A DNA stretch of 64,000 nt from an uncultured Bacteroidales bacterium (lineage in GTDB: Bacteria > Bacteroidota > Bacteroidia > Bacteroidales > FEN-979), in contig CAIQUS010000160.1 in NCBI GenBank assembly GCA_903875045.1, positions 17-64,016 of the forward strand, given 5' to 3'. Position 1 is the stretch's first letter, and the number at the start of each line of letters is the position of its first letter. This document shows, piece by piece, positions 62,030 to 64,000 of this stretch. A model generated the notes under the pieces. That model was not told the origin of the DNA. It saw only the letters and a program-made list of their open reading frames with translations, and made no database searches. The position numbers and the translations under genes are program-made.

Positions 62030-63901
62030 CTAAGGTGTTAAAAGGAGTTTAAAGGTTTCAATATAATCATTGGTGTGAACTGTCACAAAATAAAGACCTT
62101 TTGGGATATCCGACAGGCTGAATTCATGCTTTCGCTCTCCGGTAATTTCTGCTGAAATCAGTCTCTTACCATGCATTCCGAAAATTTCAACCTTCCATTT
62201 GTGATCTGAATATCCTTCCGGTTGTTCAATAGTGAATTTCCCGGTTGTTGGGTTGGGGTAGAGTTTAATGGATGATTTATTTGATTGAAAAGGATACTGG
62301 TATTCCTCATTTACATCTGTTAAAATTGAAGAAGTTTTCAGGCCGCAATGATCGATTGTTGAAATATAACCACGCATGTGTCCGGCATTTTTAATCCAGG
62401 TTCCAGGTAAAAAGATGATGTTTTGCCCTGCAATCAGGGTGGCATTTCCCCCGATCTGAACATTGAAGGTTGTTGCACCGCCGGCCACAGTGATGGTTTG
62501 GGTGGCATTGTAGCAAGTGGTTACATTCGAGCCAACGTTTCCTGTAACAGTAAGAATTGGGGGGATATTTACAGTTACGGTTACATCAAATCTGGCTGTA
62601 CTCTCGCAACCGTTCACAGTTTGGCTGGCAAAATAATGGTTGTTGTTTACCAGGATCGTTGAAGGGGACAGTGGTACTCCTCCAGTGGAAAATGAGTACC
62701 ATTGAATGTTGATCCCGGTTGCAATTAAATTAGCAACAGTTGCACCTGTGTAAAAGAGTTGGAATGGATTGCCGGTAGGAGCAGGTGTAACCGGTTGAAC
62801 ATTGATCACAATATTGGCAGAGGAAGCAGAAACACATCCGGATGAATTGGTTACTTTATAGGTATAGGTGCCCGCGGTAAGTCCCGTAATTGTTTTACTT
62901 GTGCCTGTTCCAGTTGTTGTCGTTCCTCCGGGAGTCCTTGTCAATGTCCATGTTCCCGATGCAGGTAACCCATTTAAAATTACACTACCCGTTGAAAGGA
63001 TACAACTTGGATGCGTAATGTTTCCAACAACAGGTGCAGTAACATTGCAGTTGCATCCGGTCCTGTATGCTGCAACAACTGCTTTAATTTGTCGCAGGGT
63101 ATATGCATTATCGCCATCAGTTGAATGTCCTGTGGGAACTCCCTGGTAGGATATCCCGGGATTTGAAAAATATGCTAACCTTGTATGGGTTATTCCATCC
63201 GGGAAATAAGATCCGGATTCATAAGTCATTACTGAACAGTATTTGGCATTGGAAGATCCAGTCCATCGCCAACCCGCTGAATAAGAAAATAATCCCGGCC
63301 CTGGCTGAACATTTTGCAACTTGTGATGATGACAACCCATGTTGTGCCCAATTTCATGAACGGTCGTATATGTCCAACTGGCCTGTTGTACCCTGGTTAA
63401 TGAAAATGCATAAGCCGGTAAACCTAAGGTTGTATTTAACAGCCATCCAAGCCCTCCTGTAAAGTCGGTTTGTTCCAGTAATACAACAACATCGGCACAA
63501 TAGGTGTTTCTCCAGGTATGAACTTCGTCCATGATGCCGTCACCATTGTTGGTCAGGTTATATAAATCGTTGTTGTTATTCAGTTCCGTATAAGTTACCT
63601 GTGCAGAATAGACAAGCTTAATGGTCATGAGGGTATTGCTGTTATCGAGTGCTAACTGTGCTTTGACCATTAACAAACTGATGGTGTTGTTGATACTTGT
63701 TTCATTTGCACTCGCCCATGCGGCTGCCGCAGGTGTGTACACAATCATTAACGTTACAGTGTCCTGAATGAGCGGGACATCAGGTAATGTAGTTGAATCA
63801 CCTGTAATATTTGTGTTGTTGGTTGCTGATTTCATTGCCGGTGGTGTCATGGTTGGGACATCCTCTTTTGGTACTTGTTTTGATTTGTCGTAACTATTCA
63901 C
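62030..63901 (-). CDS. Metzincin (reprolysin/M12B-like) zinc metalloprotease with T9SS type-A sorting domain; N-terminus possibly truncated
   Basis: HEIGHNMGCHH fits HExxHxxGxxH. The C-terminal IKLYPNPTTGKFTI...GLYFVTV...FKLLLTP is a sorting domain. The ORF-track start is GTG with no signal peptide, and an in-frame TAG lies one codon upstream. Confidence 0.7.
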   Translation of the reverse strand: MNSYDKSKQVPKEDVPTMTPPAMKSATNNTNITGDSTTLPDVPLIQDTVTLMIVYTPAAAAWASANETSINNTISLLMVKAQLALDNSNTLMTIKLVYSAQVTYTELNNNNDLYNLTNNGDGIMDEVHTWRNTYCADVVVLLEQTDFTGGLGWLLNTTLGLPAYAFSLTRVQQASWTYTTVHEIGHNMGCHHHKLQNVQPGPGLFSYSAGWRWTGSSNAKYCSVMTYESGSYFPDGITHTRLAYFSNPGISYQGVPTGHSTDGDNAYTLRQIKAVVAAYRTGCNCNVTAPVVGNITHPSCILSTGSVILNGLPASGTWTLTRTPGGTTTTGTGTSKTITGLTAGTYTYKVTNSSGCVSASSANIVINVQPVTPAPTGNPFQLFYTGATVANLIATGINIQWYSFSTGGVPLSPSTILVNNNHYFASQTVNGCESTARFDVTVTVNIPPILTVTGNVGSNVTTCYNATQTITVAGGATTFNVQIGGNATLIAGQNIIFLPGTWIKNAGHMRGYISTIDHCGLKTSSILTDVNEEYQYPFQSNKSSIKLYPNPTTGKFTIEQPEGYSDHKWKVEIFGMHGKRLISAEITGERKHEFSLSDIPKGLYFVTVHTNDYIETFKLLLTP

Positions 63902-64000
63902 CCCCTACAAATGTAGGGCATTAATTTGGGAGAGAGAATGCAAAGGATTCAGATTATTTTTAATCGCAGTGTCAATAATCGATCGCAGGATTGCAAAAGA

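Noticed and set aside
1-64000. tRNA, rRNA, tmRNA, RNase P or riboswitch genes
   Set aside because: I scanned the intergenic regions by eye. None is long or structured enough, and no recognisable conserved cores were seen. This cannot be excluded without a covariance-model search.

Overview
This 64-kb chromosomal segment reads as a Bacteroidota genome. Supporting signs are T9SS type-A and type-B C-terminal sorting domains, a FISUMP-domain protein, and TAnnTTTG -7 promoter boxes at sensible distances from many start codons. I call about 54 protein genes, mostly on the minus strand. Three of them (a ferredoxin, a rubredoxin and a Pmp3-like proteolipid) are under 60 aa and absent from the ORF track. 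The backbone is dominated by 2-oxoacid metabolism: sucA-sucB OGDH, a two-subunit KorAB-type OFOR, a four-subunit delta-alpha-beta-gamma OFOR, and a fused E1 alpha/beta dehydrogenase. Other backbone genes are nadB, tilS, lpxH, mnmD, a DsbD-type reductase, two sensor kinases with a receiver, an ECF sigma module, an oxidative-stress cluster and several T9SS cargo proteins. Four things stand out. (1) A complete three-gene glycyl-radical operon of the 4-hydroxyphenylacetate decarboxylase (hpdBCA) type lies at 48147-52146. Its catalytic and substrate-contact residues are colinear with the clostridial enzyme as I recall it. An uncharacterised membrane protein lies upstream, and an aminotransferase plus an OFOR lie downstream. 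(2) A roughly 3.6-kb recombinase-less insertion carries an AbiEi/AbiEii toxin-antitoxin pair and a FISUMP surface protein, and it splits an FkbM-family methyltransferase gene (10328-14824). (3) A translationally coupled pair outside any dcw cluster combines a PP-loop protein with a MurD-like ligase (53701-56516). It fits the MurL/MurD2 L-Glu ligase/epimerase route to D-Glu in peptidoglycan. (4) A family of 7-nt and 8-nt tandem repeat arrays fills the short spacers between co-directional genes at seven or more loci, and related arrays encode part of the sucB E2 linker. I recognised no rRNA, tRNA, CRISPR array, transposase or integrase. All functional calls rest on motif-level reading of the translations, since no database search was possible.
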